A stretch of 64,000 nucleotides of DNA from Spirochaetales bacterium. GTDB lineage: Bacteria; Spirochaetota; Spirochaetia; Treponematales; UBA12059. Shown one piece after another: positions 1 to 9,796 of this stretch (positions within the stretch are counted from its first letter, which is position 1; every line of letters starts with the position of its first letter). The notes beneath the pieces are model-generated. The model did not search any database, had not been told where the DNA came from, and saw only the letters and a list, made by a program, of their open reading frames with translations. A program made the translations under genes and the position numbers. The stretch covers positions 6,014 to 70,013 of the forward strand of contig JAFGJV010000014.1 in assembly GCA_016928955.1 (NCBI GenBank), read 5' to 3'.

Positions 1-276
1 GGGCCCGGTTTTGACAAAGCCGCGGTTGGACTTGATGAAGCGGGCCAGGATGTTCAGTCGCGTGAGCTGGTCGGCGGGCAAGCCGGCTTTCAGCAGGCGC
101 TTGCCGTCCCTTACCTCAAAGGCGGCGTCCAGCATGGCTTTGTCCTTGGGCAATTCTATGTGCCTGAGGTAGCGGCGCTGGAATTTTTTCTCCGGTATCG
201 GCTTGCGGTACATGGCATGGGGTTTTGGAACTTTGGCTGTCTTGGGAGCCTTGGGCTCTTTTTTTGCTGTTTTCAT
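1..276 (-). CDS. N-terminal fragment of an uncharacterised protein that continues past the window start; possibly the TIGR03545-family partner of the adjacent TIGR03546 gene
   Basis: The minus-strand frame is open from ATG 276-274 (MKTAKKEPKAPKTAKVPKPHAMYRKPIPEKKF...) to position 1 with no stop. It lies 10 nt downstream of the 287..835 gene. It is absent from the ORF track because it is truncated. The family call rests only on the known adjacency of TIGR03545 and TIGR03546 genes. Confidence 0.4.
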   Translation of the reverse strand, partial: MKTAKKEPKAPKTAKVPKPHAMYRKPIPEKKFQRRYLRHIELPKDKAMLDAAFEVRDGKRLLKAGLPADQLTRLNILARFIKSNRGFVKTGP

Positions 277-286
277 GACTCGCTCC

Positions 287-835
287 TCACGACGCTGAAG
301 CGCGGCCGCTTATTCCGGCCACGGCCTTGGCTATGGAACCGACCAGGGGCAGCTTTTTGATCGCCTTGCCCAACTTGGACGACGCTATGCGTTCGGCCCA
401 GCGTTCCCGGTACAGCCCTACCAGGATCCGGAACCCAAAATACGCCGGCAGCCAGAGCGCCAGGCCGGCAACCAGCCCGCCCATCACCAGCGTGTTGTTG
501 AAGCGGGTCAGCGGGGCCACAGGCAGGGCGTTGAGCGACGTGAACAGCGGCTTCAGCGCCGGGGCGGTCAGCACGGCCCAGCCCAAGGCGTCCAAGGGGC
601 CGCCGAGCAGGGGAAGGACCAGTTTGAATACGGCGCTGACCAGCAACGTCATGCCGTAGTGAACCTTGGTAAAGAAAATGAGCAGGAACAGGACTATCCA
701 CAACAGGTTCCCGGCGGGCACCAAGGCCAGGAGCAAGCCGGACGCCATGCCCGCCGCCACCTGGCCGCGGCTTGCGTTGGAATTGAGCGTGGCAAACAGG
801 CGCGCGATCATTTTTATGAACATGTTTTCCTCCAC
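287..835 (-). CDS. TIGR03546-family (DUF2062-like) small integral membrane protein
   Basis: 182-aa ORF with N-terminal ...LNSNASRGQVAAGMASGLLLALVP..., 3-4 hydrophobic helices and a ...LTRFNNTLVMGGLV... motif, which I recognise as typical of this family. The start could be any of three Met codons at 835, 823 or 811. Confidence 0.7.
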   Translation of the reverse strand: MEENMFIKMIARLFATLNSNASRGQVAAGMASGLLLALVPAGNLLWIVLFLLIFFTKVHYGMTLLVSAVFKLVLPLLGGPLDALGWAVLTAPALKPLFTSLNALPVAPLTRFNNTLVMGGLVAGLALWLPAYFGFRILVGLYRERWAERIASSKLGKAIKKLPLVGSIAKAVAGISGRASAS

Positions 836-887
836 TTCCGATCCCCGTTAGTATCGGGCGCGGCGCTGCGCGGGGCAAGCGCCGTCG

Positions 888-1979
888 TTACCTGATGGCC
901 GCGTCCAGGTCCAGGAAGAAGGCTCCTGTCCTACCGACCAGCGGAAACTTGTTTTCCTCCCAGAGGGCCATCAGCACGCCGCTAGACAGGCAGGCGGCCC
1001 GCACGCTGGCTCCCGCCACGGGGGGAGCCAGCTGCACCACCACCGGCTGCGTTGGGCCTTTTGCCAGGGCGCAGCGGCCATCCTCCAGCGCCAGGGCCTG
1101 GTAGCCGTCCTTGCGTTGGGCCTGGCCGGGCACGGCCGCCTCAAGCCGGCCCCTGACATAGGCTTGCCGTCCTCCGTCGTCCGCCCTGAGTTCTACAAGC
1201 AGGTCGCCGGCGAGCATGCCGGCCAGGGTGTGGAGCCACTCCGGCGCTTCCGATAGGGGCCGCGGCTGAACCGCGCACTCAAACGCGTCCCTGCCCAGAT
1301 CGGACACGGTTGTGCCGTCCGTCCAGCCGTAGGCTAGCTGGACGCGTTCGTCGTCCTCGCCGCGGGCTTGAAAAAAAAGGTCATTCGGGCGGCGGGGATA
1401 GACGGCCAGCAGGGGCAGGGCCGGCGCGTAGCCCGCGGGAAAGGGCGACCATACGTCAGCCGTGTCCGCGCTGACTTTCAGGAAGACGCCGGCCGGCGGA
1501 GCGCCGTGCGCCGGATCGCTAGACGGCCGGAGGAAGACCACGGCACGTTCTCCGTCCCGCCAGGCGCCGGCCACGTGCGCGGCCCGCAAAATGGCCGGTT
1601 CCACGGGTATGCCGGCGTAGCGCAGGCGCGGAGCCTGGCCGTCGCGCGTTTCAACGTGTATGTAATGGAGCGACCCTTTGTTGACGGCGGCCACAAATCC
1701 GGTATCCAAATCCTGGATGGCCGCCAGGGCCAACTGGTCCTCAAAGGGCCGGGCGGCCGCGGTGGCGGCCACCAGGGCGTCCTCGGTGGCGGGGACCAGC
1801 TCCCCGCTTTTGTCCACGACCAGCACCAGGCCGGCCGCCGGGAGGTCCAGCCCGCCGTCAGGCCCGGCATCCGACCACAGTTCGGAAGGCTCCGGCACTG
1901 GTTCGGCCGCGGGGCCGCAGGACGCGATCAGGGCCAGGGTGCACGACAGCGTGGCAAGGCAGATGCGGCGGATGACCAT
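888..1979 (-). CDS. Hypothetical lipoprotein
   Basis: ORF 888..2006 trimmed to ATG 1979, which is preceded by AAGGAG. The signal peptide carries a lipobox (MVIRRICLATLSCTLALIAS|C). I recognise no family. Confidence 0.65.
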   Translation of the reverse strand: MVIRRICLATLSCTLALIASCGPAAEPVPEPSELWSDAGPDGGLDLPAAGLVLVVDKSGELVPATEDALVAATAAARPFEDQLALAAIQDLDTGFVAAVNKGSLHYIHVETRDGQAPRLRYAGIPVEPAILRAAHVAGAWRDGERAVVFLRPSSDPAHGAPPAGVFLKVSADTADVWSPFPAGYAPALPLLAVYPRRPNDLFFQARGEDDERVQLAYGWTDGTTVSDLGRDAFECAVQPRPLSEAPEWLHTLAGMLAGDLLVELRADDGGRQAYVRGRLEAAVPGQAQRKDGYQALALEDGRCALAKGPTQPVVVQLAPPVAGASVRAACLSSGVLMALWEENKFPLVGRTGAFFLDLDAAIR

Positions 1980-2058
1980 GGACGCTCCTTGTGTCGGGTA
2001 CTCCACTATACCACGGAAGGCGTGGGCTTCGGCGCGCCTTCCCGCGCCTTGGGGCGTG

Positions 2059-2099
2059 AAAAAGCCGCCTCCGGGTTAGCGAAGGCGGCCGTGTTTTTT
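2059..2099. terminator. Bidirectional intrinsic terminator, most plausibly ending proS on the minus strand
   Basis: Stem GCCGCCT (2064-2070) pairs with AGGCGGC (2083-2089). It is flanked by AAAAA (2059-2063, a U-run on the minus strand) and TTTTTT (2094-2099). It lies 28 nt past the proS stop. Confidence 0.55.
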
Positions 2100-2126
2100 G
2101 CTTGCCGGCGCTGACGACGGCTGTTG

Positions 2127-3584
2127 TCAGTACGAGCGGGCAAAAATGGCCCGGTGCTTGGCCGGAGCTCCGCACAGGCAGCACGTGCCGTTAATGTCCT
2201 TCTGCCGGTCAAAGGGCATGTTGCGTATGGTCACCTTGAGGTCGGCCTTGAGCTTGGCCTCGCAATCGCGGCCGCCGCACCACAGGCCTTCTGCAAAGCC
2301 GCCCGGGGAATCGTCTGCCCCCGCCGTTTCCTTGCCGAAGAAGTCCAGGATAGCCTGGTAGTCGGCCACGGCTCGGGTGTTGGCGTCGCGGAAGGCCCGC
2401 GCCCTGTCCAGCAGGTTTTTCTGGATGGCGGCCAGCAGCTCGCGGGCCTTGGCCGGGGCCTCGGCGGCCTTGACCACGAGTTTTTCACCCGTGTCGCGCC
2501 GGACCATGACCACGTTGCCCGCCGCCGCGTCCTTGGGGCCCGCTTCCACGCGAACCGGCACGCCGCGCATTTCCCACTCGGCAAACTTCCAGCCGGGACT
2601 GGAGCTGTCGTCGTCGTCAAACGCCACGCGCCGTCCGTCCGCCTTGAGGGCGTCGGCCACGCCTTTGGCGTAGGCCAGGACCTCCGCCTTGTTGTCGCTC
2701 TTGAAGATGGGTATGACAACCAGTTCGTCCTGGGCAAGGAGCGGGGGCACGACCAGGCCCTTGTCGTCGGAATGGGTCATGATGACGCCGCCTACCAGGC
2801 GCGTGGACACGCCCCAGCTGGTCGCCCATACATAGTCCAGGTTGCCGTCCCGGTTCTGGAACTGCACGTCAAAGGCCTTGGCAAAGTTTTGACCCAGGAA
2901 ATGGCTGGTGCCCGCCTGCAGGGCTTTCTTGTCCTGCATCATGGCCTCTATGGAATAGGTATCCACCGCTCCCGCGAACTTTTCAGCCTCGCTTTTCTTG
3001 CCGGCTATGACGGGCAGGCAGAGGACCTCCTCAGCGAATTTCCTGTACACCTCGAGCATGCGCTCGGTTTCCTCCACGGCTTCCTGCCTGGTTTCATGGG
3101 CCGTGTGGCCTTCCTGCCAGAGGAATTCCGTGGTGCGGAGGAAGAGGCGGGTACGCTTCTCCCAGCGGACCACGTTGGCCCACTGGTTATAGAGGAGGGG
3201 CAGGTCGCGCCAGGACTGGATCCAGTTCTTGTAGGTGTTCCAGATGATGGTCTCGCTGGTGGGGCGGAGGACCAGGGGCTCGTCCAGCTTGTCGCCGCCG
3301 GCGTGGGTGACTACGGCCAATTCCGGGCTGAAACCTTCAACGTGCTCGGCTTCCTTCTTGAGGAAGCTCTCAGGTATCAACATGGGGAAGTAGCAGTTTT
3401 GGTGGCCCGTGTCCTTGAAGCGGCGGTCAAGCTCGTCGCGCAGCCGCTCCCATATAGCGTAGCCGCGGGGCCGGATCACCATGCAGCCCTTCACCGGCGA
3501 GTAGTCGGCGAGCTTGGCGTTGAGGACGATGTCGATGTACCACTGCGAGTAGTCGACGTTGCGTGGGGTGATCTTTTCTGCCAT
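2127..3584 (-). CDS. proS: Proline--tRNA ligase, archaeal/eukaryotic-like type
   Basis: ORF 2127..3653 trimmed to ATG 3584, which is preceded by GAGGAAGAGG. The N-terminus [20 protein letters not shown]... and class II core are present. The C-terminal Zn-binding tail ends ...[18 protein letters not shown], which is characteristic of this ProRS type. Confidence 0.95.
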   Translation of the reverse strand: MAEKITPRNVDYSQWYIDIVLNAKLADYSPVKGCMVIRPRGYAIWERLRDELDRRFKDTGHQNCYFPMLIPESFLKKEAEHVEGFSPELAVVTHAGGDKLDEPLVLRPTSETIIWNTYKNWIQSWRDLPLLYNQWANVVRWEKRTRLFLRTTEFLWQEGHTAHETRQEAVEETERMLEVYRKFAEEVLCLPVIAGKKSEAEKFAGAVDTYSIEAMMQDKKALQAGTSHFLGQNFAKAFDVQFQNRDGNLDYVWATSWGVSTRLVGGVIMTHSDDKGLVVPPLLAQDELVVIPIFKSDNKAEVLAYAKGVADALKADGRRVAFDDDDSSSPGWKFAEWEMRGVPVRVEAGPKDAAAGNVVMVRRDTGEKLVVKAAEAPAKARELLAAIQKNLLDRARAFRDANTRAVADYQAILDFFGKETAGADDSPGGFAEGLWCGGRDCEAKLKADLKVTIRNMPFDRQKDINGTCCLCGAPAKHRAIFARSY

Positions 3585-3784
3585 GACCTCTTCCTCTCGT
3601 GCGGGAAATTCCGGGAGCCAGGGGTTCCCGTGGCAATGACTCCGCGTTGACATGAAAGCACCGGTCCCCAGAGGCTGTTTTGGTCAGCCGCGTACAGGCG
3701 GGGGCCGGTGCGTTCCGGATATGGCCGGGATGATACCTCAAAGGGCGGCGGCGTTTCAACGTGCCCGGCGCCGCCAGGGGAAAA

Positions 3785-4474
3785 TCAGGGCAGCTGGAAG
3801 GTTTCCACCATGTAGCGGAGGCCCGTTCCGGAACCGAGTTTCTCGGTACGTTCCACCAGCACGACCACGGTCTTGCCGTCCGGGGCCAGGACTATCCACC
3901 TGATGGCGTAGTCGCTGACGTTCTTGCGCCTGATCTGGGGATTGCCTGCCTTCATGCTGACCGACGCGCCGGACGCCTTCTTGACCGATACGTCCAGGCC
4001 GAACGACGACACCACGCTACCGTCGGCCGCCGTGTCCACCACCTCCCTGAGTACCACGTCCCACTGGTCCTTGGTGGCGTAATCCTTGAACGACAGGGTG
4101 TCGGAATCGTCGCCGTTGAGGGACAGGTATATCAGGCGGCCCTGGGCCAGATGGTCGATTTTGCGCCTGGACGCGGCGCTCACGGCCGTGCTGAACAGCT
4201 TATAGAAAGCTCCAGCGGCGTCCTGTCCCGGCTCTAGTCCTGCCGGATAGGCGGCCTCGAATTCGCCGTCGCTGGTAAAGTCGTTCTTCTTGGTGTCCAC
4301 CAGGAATATTTTTGCGTAGGGCTTGCCCGAGGACGGGTCCAGGCCGTAGAAACCGAACATGAAGTACGCCGAGTCGGGCGAAAAGCCGAGGTTGACGAGC
4401 GTCGCAACGTCGCCTCCAAAGGCTCCCGTGCCGAGCGCCAGCGTGACAAGGGCCAGGGCTACCAGTCGTTTCAT
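3785..4474 (-). CDS. Secreted protein, DUF2259-like
   Basis: ORF trimmed to the MKRLVALALVTLALGTGAFG signal peptide. The segment ...LGFSPDSAYFMFGFYGLDPSSGKPYAKIFLVDTKKNDF... resembles the DUF2259 predicted secreted protein family as I recall it. Confidence 0.55.
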   Translation of the reverse strand: MKRLVALALVTLALGTGAFGGDVATLVNLGFSPDSAYFMFGFYGLDPSSGKPYAKIFLVDTKKNDFTSDGEFEAAYPAGLEPGQDAAGAFYKLFSTAVSAASRRKIDHLAQGRLIYLSLNGDDSDTLSFKDYATKDQWDVVLREVVDTAADGSVVSSFGLDVSVKKASGASVSMKAGNPQIRRKNVSDYAIRWIVLAPDGKTVVVLVERTEKLGSGTGLRYMVETFQLP

Positions 4475-4618
4475 CGCGTTCTCCCTGGGGAGCCGGCCAT
4501 GCGGGAAGCTCCGCAACCCCGTGGTTCATGGAGCTTTCCATACGCCATCCCCTTTCTATCTTATCGGAAACGCTCCCCCGCCCTTGAGGGAAATGCCGTT
4601 AGGCGCTACCGTAGACGC

Positions 4619-5389
4619 ATGACCGCAAAACTCAGGAAACGCTTCGTGAGAGCCATGTTCGCGGTCGCGTGCGCCGTGGCTGTGGCGACCGCGGCGGGCT
4701 TGGTACTTGGGGACGGGGGCTCCTCAGTGTGGAGCCAGGCCGCCGGGTCGGACGCGGGCATCGTGTCCCTGGCCGGGGCCGGACTGTGCGCGCTGGCGTC
4801 CCTGACCGTGCTGACCCTCTTTGCCCTGAAGGCTGGCGCGTCGGTGTCACCCGAGTTGTTTTTCTTTTCCCTCTGGGCCTTTGGCCTGGTCTTTGAGCTT
4901 GGCCGCCCGCTCGGCGCCCTGGCCTTTGGCTGGAGCCCGGGCCTGCTTCCGCTATTCATGCGCATGACGCTTTTCGGCCGCTATCTGTGCGTGCTAGCGC
5001 CGGTTTTGGGAAGCGTTTTTTCCGTGGGACTGGGGCATGAACGGACTGGCATGCTGGCCGGCGTGACGGGATCGGCAGCACTGTTTTTTGCGGCCATGCA
5101 CCCCCTGTCCAACGCCGGACCCTTAGGCGGTTTTGGTTACGTGGGTCTGATGAGGACCTTTGAGGGCGCGCTTACCCTGCTAGCCCTGGTCAATTACGTG
5201 CTTGCGTGGAAGGAGCACCGGGATAAGTCGTACGCGTACGCTGGCCTGGCCCTCTTTGCCTGCGTGGCCGCGTCTTGGGCTTTGCGCTACGGCCAGTCAT
5301 GGATACCCGTGGCGGCCGGCACGCTGGTCCTGGGCGTGGGCGCCTTCGCGCACATGAAGACGCTCTACGCCAGTTACCTGTGGAGATGA
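4619..5389 (+). CDS. Hypothetical polytopic membrane protein
   Basis: ORF 4499..5389 trimmed to ATG 4619 (MTAKLRKRFVRAMFAVACAV...). It has about 7 hydrophobic segments and no recognisable motif. Confidence 0.6.
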   Translation: MTAKLRKRFVRAMFAVACAVAVATAAGLVLGDGGSSVWSQAAGSDAGIVSLAGAGLCALASLTVLTLFALKAGASVSPELFFFSLWAFGLVFELGRPLGALAFGWSPGLLPLFMRMTLFGRYLCVLAPVLGSVFSVGLGHERTGMLAGVTGSAALFFAAMHPLSNAGPLGGFGYVGLMRTFEGALTLLALVNYVLAWKEHRDKSYAYAGLALFACVAASWALRYGQSWIPVAAGTLVLGVGAFAHMKTLYASYLWR

Positions 5390-5430
5390 TGGTCTTGGCG
5401 CTCTGACGTGCCGGCGGGGTTCAGGCAGGC

Positions 5431-6057
5431 TTACAGCATGACCAGCATGGCCACGAGTCCCGTGCCCAGTGGCAGAAGCAGGTTGTCGGCGTCCTTGGTG
5501 GGGGCGGCCTCCAGCACGGTGGCCGTTACGGCTATGACGGCCGACGAGCCCACGCTCTGGGTGACCGCGTACGACGACGACAGCACCGCCACAAAGCAGG
5601 TAAGGCTGCCCTCAAGCGACTTGCCGCCGGTGAAGGGCAGGCGGATGCTGCCAAGGGCACGGCCGACCAGGCTGGACAGGCCATCGCCAAAGGCCAGGGC
5701 GTAAATAGCCACGGAGGCGGCGGGTTCGGGATACAGAATCAGGGAGAGCAGGGCCCCAAGGCCCAGGGTGACCGGCCCCATGACGAATTTGCCCGCGTCC
5801 CGCTTGCGCGCCGCCAGGGCCGTGACGCGGGACAGAAGCACGACTTCTATGCCCTGGCGCCGGAGAATTTCCGCGTACGCATACACGATGATGCCCGCTC
5901 CCAGAAGGGCCACCGTGGCGCCGTAATTCCAGGCGGCCAGGGTGGGCGTCAGTCCTATGAGCAGATGGATGCTTTTTCTGAGTATTTCAGTCCGAATATC
6001 CTGGGCCCAGGGAACGGGCCGGGTAATACCATACAGGATTCCGCTCAACTCGGGCAC
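5431..6057 (-). CDS. Polyprenol/diacylglycerol (dolichol/phytol) kinase family membrane protein (CTP-dependent, CdsA-related)
   Basis: GTG start at 6057 preceded by GAGGTGA. It is multi-TM. The motif FGDGLSSLVGRALG...GGKSLEGS is typical of the SEC59/DGK1/VTE5 family. Confidence 0.65.
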   Translation of the reverse strand: MPELSGILYGITRPVPWAQDIRTEILRKSIHLLIGLTPTLAAWNYGATVALLGAGIIVYAYAEILRRQGIEVVLLSRVTALAARKRDAGKFVMGPVTLGLGALLSLILYPEPAASVAIYALAFGDGLSSLVGRALGSIRLPFTGGKSLEGSLTCFVAVLSSSYAVTQSVGSSAVIAVTATVLEAAPTKDADNLLLPLGTGLVAMLVML

Positions 6058-6402
6058 GACATCACCTCGTGGAAAAATACATGCAAAATCCGGGCCAAAT
6101 CGATATAGGCATATAGCTCGTTTTCAAATGGTTGTATGGCAAGCAAATAGCGGGCGAGCCCGCGTTTTGTAATGCTCCATAATGCATAATTGTATCATAA
6201 ATCATACAGAAGGCCTCTAAAAACCCCTTGATGGCTGTTCGTACCGCGCCCCCGGGTGTCCCGCCTGGCGCCACACCCGCCCATGGAGCTGGCCAAAGGA
6301 CCCACGCGTTGACACGGCGCGACCCTTTAGTGTAAGGTTGGCGACAAGATCCGGCATCGGGTCGAACAATGGAAGGTTTCCTTCCTCAATGGCGTTTTTG
6401 GT

Positions 6403-6477
6403 GGGCGATTAACTCAGCGGGAGAGTGCTACCTTCACACGGTAGAAGTCACTGGTTCAAATCCAGTATCGCCCACCA
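6403..6477 (+). tRNA. tRNA-Val (anticodon CAC), CCA encoded
   Basis: The sequence folds by hand into a cloverleaf. The acceptor stem is GGGCGAT/ATCGCCC. The anticodon stem is CTACC/GGTAG with loop TTCACAC. The T-arm is ACTGG TTCAAAT CCAGT. The discriminator is A, followed by CCA. Confidence 0.9.
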
Positions 6478-6515
6478 AGAGCGCCTTTTTTTATTTCCCC
6501 CCTGCTTGATTCCTC

Positions 6516-9500
6516 CTACGGCTGCGGGTAGCTCATGTCCGCGGGCAGATCCCTATACCACATCAGGTCTATGCCGCGTTTTGGGTGCAGGATAAAGTCT
6601 ATGTTCAAGGTACCCAGGTTCTTACTTTCAGAGCGTATCATGGTGGTTTCGTCACGGGTCAGCGAGTCGAACAGTTTTGAGGACTCCGTGAAGGCGACCA
6701 TGGCGTCCGCGCGCTTGCGGGAGTCTCCCATCCGGTCGCCGATACGGTACAGGGTGGCGCCGAGATTGTTTTGGGCCATGGTCAACAGTTCGACAAGTTC
6801 GCCGTGGGACGGCCGTTTTTGCGGCTCGATCAGGCTGATGGTTCGCAGGTCGAACTCCAGGGTGTCCGCCAGCATGGCATAGTAGCCCTGGGCGGCAAAA
6901 TAGTCCTCTCGGGCGACCAGGGTATTGGCCGTGGCCCACAGCAGGTAGGGGCTGGCCTCCGTGTCCAGGCCCGCCCGGTAGAAGAAGCGCAGGGCCTCGT
7001 CTGGCCTGGGCGGCATTGCCCTGTAATGGATGAAGCCACGGCGGTAGTCAGAATCCGGGGTGGTGTAACCATGGCTTTCGGCCTTGTCGTACAGGGCCAG
7101 GGCCGAATCAAAGTCACCCCGGTCGCGGTAATAGACATCGGCCAGCAGGGAATAGGCCTTCCCGAACTCGGGGGCCACGTTGAGGATGCGCTCCGAAAGC
7201 GCCCGTTCGTAGCGGTCTATGGCCAGGCCCAGGGCGTCTTCCGCACCCAGGCCCTCGCTCGGGTTGCCCATCCTGACCTCGGCCAGGCGTATGAGCGCGT
7301 CCAGGTAGGTGCGGACCCGGCGGGGAGAGAGCGGGCCGGCGTTGTCCAGCTGGCCGTACAGCCTGGTGGCGTTTTCTAGGGCTTTGCGCTCTTCCGCCGG
7401 GAAGCCGGTGCGGCGGTTCCAGGCTGCCAGGGTGGCGTGCACCTCCGGCACGTCGGGATCCCGCTCGTAGGCCGACCTTAGGATGGCGTCCACGTGTTCC
7501 GTCTTGTCGTGGGCCATGAGATAGGAGCCCAGTTCGGCAAGGGTTGCGCCTGAAAAGGCGCTTTTTTTGTTGTCCACAAAGTATTGGGCCAGCGGCAGGA
7601 CATCCGCGGACTTGTCGCCCGCGCCGGCCCGCTCCACGCGCATGAAATACGTCAGCATGCGCTCCAGGTAGCCGTCGCTCCTGCCATGATGTTCCATGAC
7701 CATGCCCAGGCGCCGGCGGGCATCCTCGTACAGGCGCTGGATCAGGGCGGTGTCCGGTTCGCCGTAGCGCTGTTCCTCGAAATCGGCCCGGGCCATGGAA
7801 TTGTCCACGGCCAGAAGTAGGGCCTCCTGATTGAAGTAATCCCGTTCGAGCACGTATTGGGTGAGGATGTCCTCGGCCCGCGCGTAATTCTGGCGTTTGA
7901 CCGATTCCATGGCGGCGTATTCCAGGGCCGCCTGGGTGTCCTTGGGCCACGACCCGAGGAGTTCCTGGTATTTATCGGCCGCCAAGCCGTACTGAGATGC
8001 GTCCGAGTAGGCGCGGGCATATCGGTAATACCAGCCCTTCATGCGCCACACGTCGTCGGCCTGCTTGAACAGCTGTCCCGATTCCGGGTACTGCCTATCC
8101 TGGATGGCCTCGTACCCTTCCGTGTACAGGGAGTTGGCTTTGAGCGGCCGGTACACCAGGTTGTAGCCGACCAGGAAGACGAGGCCCGCCGCCAGCCCCG
8201 CAAGCAGGGTCGCCACCAGGATGGGCACAATGGTGTGCCGGAACGCGTAGGCGAGGGTGCCTCGCTCCGCCTCGAAGGCCGCTCCGCTCCGCTTCTCGAA
8301 GCCGGCCGGCACCTCGATGTAACGCTTGAGGATCTTGCCGGCCGTCTTGGCCGCTTCCTTGGCGCCCGCTCCCTCGACCAGCAGCCATACCAGGGCGTTT
8401 TGCTGTTCCTCGGAACCGCGGCCGTTGGCTATGATGTCTTCCAGGGCCAGCCTGAGGTTGAGGGGATAGGATAGGAGCGTGTCCTGGAGGGCGTCCACCT
8501 GGGCGTCCGTGAGCGACACGGTCTTGGCTGTCGGAGCGGCGCCGGCCTGAGTTACCCCGTCCGGGCGGCTGTCCGAGCGCGCCGCCTTGCGCGTCGGCTT
8601 TTTTTCAGGTTCTGGGGCTGGCTTGGCGTTTTCCGCGCCGAGTTCAAAGCCGGGCATGGCAAAATCGCCGCCCCAGCCTGAGTCCAGGGAAAAGTGGCCG
8701 TCCGACTCAGGCTCGCCGCCCAGCCCGGGCGTTGGCGACGAAAAATCGTCTGGTCCCAGGTCAGGAAGGATATCAGGCGGCGGAGTTTGCCCAAAGGCTT
8801 CCTCGCCACCCAGGTCAAAGCCCATGGCTTCCGGAGCTTCGGGCGGCGGGCCGCCCAACGGTTCTTCGGCTGGTTCAGCGAGCTCCATCCCGTCAGCGGG
8901 CAAATCAAAGGCAGGGGTGGGTTCGACGCCAAGATTGTCGGAACCAAGGCCTTCCTGGGCTTGGTCGCCAAGGTCGCCCAGATCAGGCAGGTCAAACGAC
9001 GGCAGCTCAAAGCTCTCAGGCGCCAGCGGCTGCTCGGAAGGCGGTTCCGAAGGCGCTTCCGCCAGCTCATCGGCGGTGCCGGCCGGTCCGGGTTCGTTCA
9101 TGCTGTCAGGGCTCAAGGCTCCCGCGTCCTGGGGGATATCGTCAAAGGACGGCAGGGAGAAATCCTCGGCCGCGGCCGGCTCCCCGTACTGGTCCGGGCT
9201 TTCAGCAGGGGCTTCCGCTTCTAGGTCCGGGAGCTCGAAGGGCGGCAGGGTAAAACCGCCCGGCTCCGACTCGGCTTCCCCACCCTGATGGACAATTTCC
9301 TCCTGGGCGTCTTCGGCCGCGGTTTGTTCGGCGCTGGTTTCAAGGTCGCCTTCCAAGCCGGCAAGCAAGGCTTCCGGGGCGGAGAACTGGTCGTCCTCAG
9401 CCGCAAGCTCGGGACGTGCAGGTTCGGACTGCTGTTCCGGCATCTGTTCAAGCGGAAGGCTGTCCAAGAAGGACGAAAATTCCTCCGCCGACCCGGTGTC

Positions 9501-9680
9501 GTCCGCCGCCTCCGCGGCTATTGGCCCGCCGGACAGGAGGGCTTCAAGGTCGCCAGGTACGCCCTGCGGAGGAGGTGGAAGGTCTTCCTGTTCCTCTCCC
9601 CAGCGCTGGAGGGTTTCCTGTTCGTGGCCCAGGGCGCGCAAGGAGGCTTTGAACTGCTCAATATCCTTCAGTTTGGGCAT
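6516..9680 (-). CDS. Bitopic membrane protein with a long acidic, disordered N-terminal region and a TPR-like C-terminal region
   Basis: 1054-aa ORF. Residues about 30-375 are D/E/P-rich with repeated F-x-LP-x-F-[DE]-LPDL motifs. There is a single TM helix (HTIVPILVATLLAGLAAGLVFLVGY). The C-terminal half has helical repeats of TPR character. Confidence 0.8.
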   Translation of the reverse strand: MPKLKDIEQFKASLRALGHEQETLQRWGEEQEDLPPPPQGVPGDLEALLSGGPIAAEAADDTGSAEEFSSFLDSLPLEQMPEQQSEPARPELAAEDDQFSAPEALLAGLEGDLETSAEQTAAEDAQEEIVHQGGEAESEPGGFTLPPFELPDLEAEAPAESPDQYGEPAAAEDFSLPSFDDIPQDAGALSPDSMNEPGPAGTADELAEAPSEPPSEQPLAPESFELPSFDLPDLGDLGDQAQEGLGSDNLGVEPTPAFDLPADGMELAEPAEEPLGGPPPEAPEAMGFDLGGEEAFGQTPPPDILPDLGPDDFSSPTPGLGGEPESDGHFSLDSGWGGDFAMPGFELGAENAKPAPEPEKKPTRKAARSDSRPDGVTQAGAAPTAKTVSLTDAQVDALQDTLLSYPLNLRLALEDIIANGRGSEEQQNALVWLLVEGAGAKEAAKTAGKILKRYIEVPAGFEKRSGAAFEAERGTLAYAFRHTIVPILVATLLAGLAAGLVFLVGYNLVYRPLKANSLYTEGYEAIQDRQYPESGQLFKQADDVWRMKGWYYRYARAYSDASQYGLAADKYQELLGSWPKDTQAALEYAAMESVKRQNYARAEDILTQYVLERDYFNQEALLLAVDNSMARADFEEQRYGEPDTALIQRLYEDARRRLGMVMEHHGRSDGYLERMLTYFMRVERAGAGDKSADVLPLAQYFVDNKKSAFSGATLAELGSYLMAHDKTEHVDAILRSAYERDPDVPEVHATLAAWNRRTGFPAEERKALENATRLYGQLDNAGPLSPRRVRTYLDALIRLAEVRMGNPSEGLGAEDALGLAIDRYERALSERILNVAPEFGKAYSLLADVYYRDRGDFDSALALYDKAESHGYTTPDSDYRRGFIHYRAMPPRPDEALRFFYRAGLDTEASPYLLWATANTLVAREDYFAAQGYYAMLADTLEFDLRTISLIEPQKRPSHGELVELLTMAQNNLGATLYRIGDRMGDSRKRADAMVAFTESSKLFDSLTRDETTMIRSESKNLGTLNIDFILHPKRGIDLMWYRDLPADMSYPQP

Positions 9681-9796
9681 GAATCGCTCTCTTCGTATAT
9701 TAACGGCGAATAAGCGCGATTGTATAGGACGAAATACCGCCCCGGGGCGGCTTCAAGAAGCGCCGTATACGCGCCGATACTCGGTACAGGAACACC

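Noticed and set aside
2124-3650. 508-aa plus-strand ORF exactly antisense to proS
   Set aside because: It mirrors a clearly identified gene. The product is Gly/Ala/Val/Arg-rich with no motifs. Long antisense ORFs are expected in high-GC DNA because stop codons are rare.
6403-9700. Genomic island or integrase next to tRNA-Val
   Set aside because: No integrase, direct repeat of the tRNA 3' end, or compositional shift is visible downstream. The adjacent gene has host-like GC.
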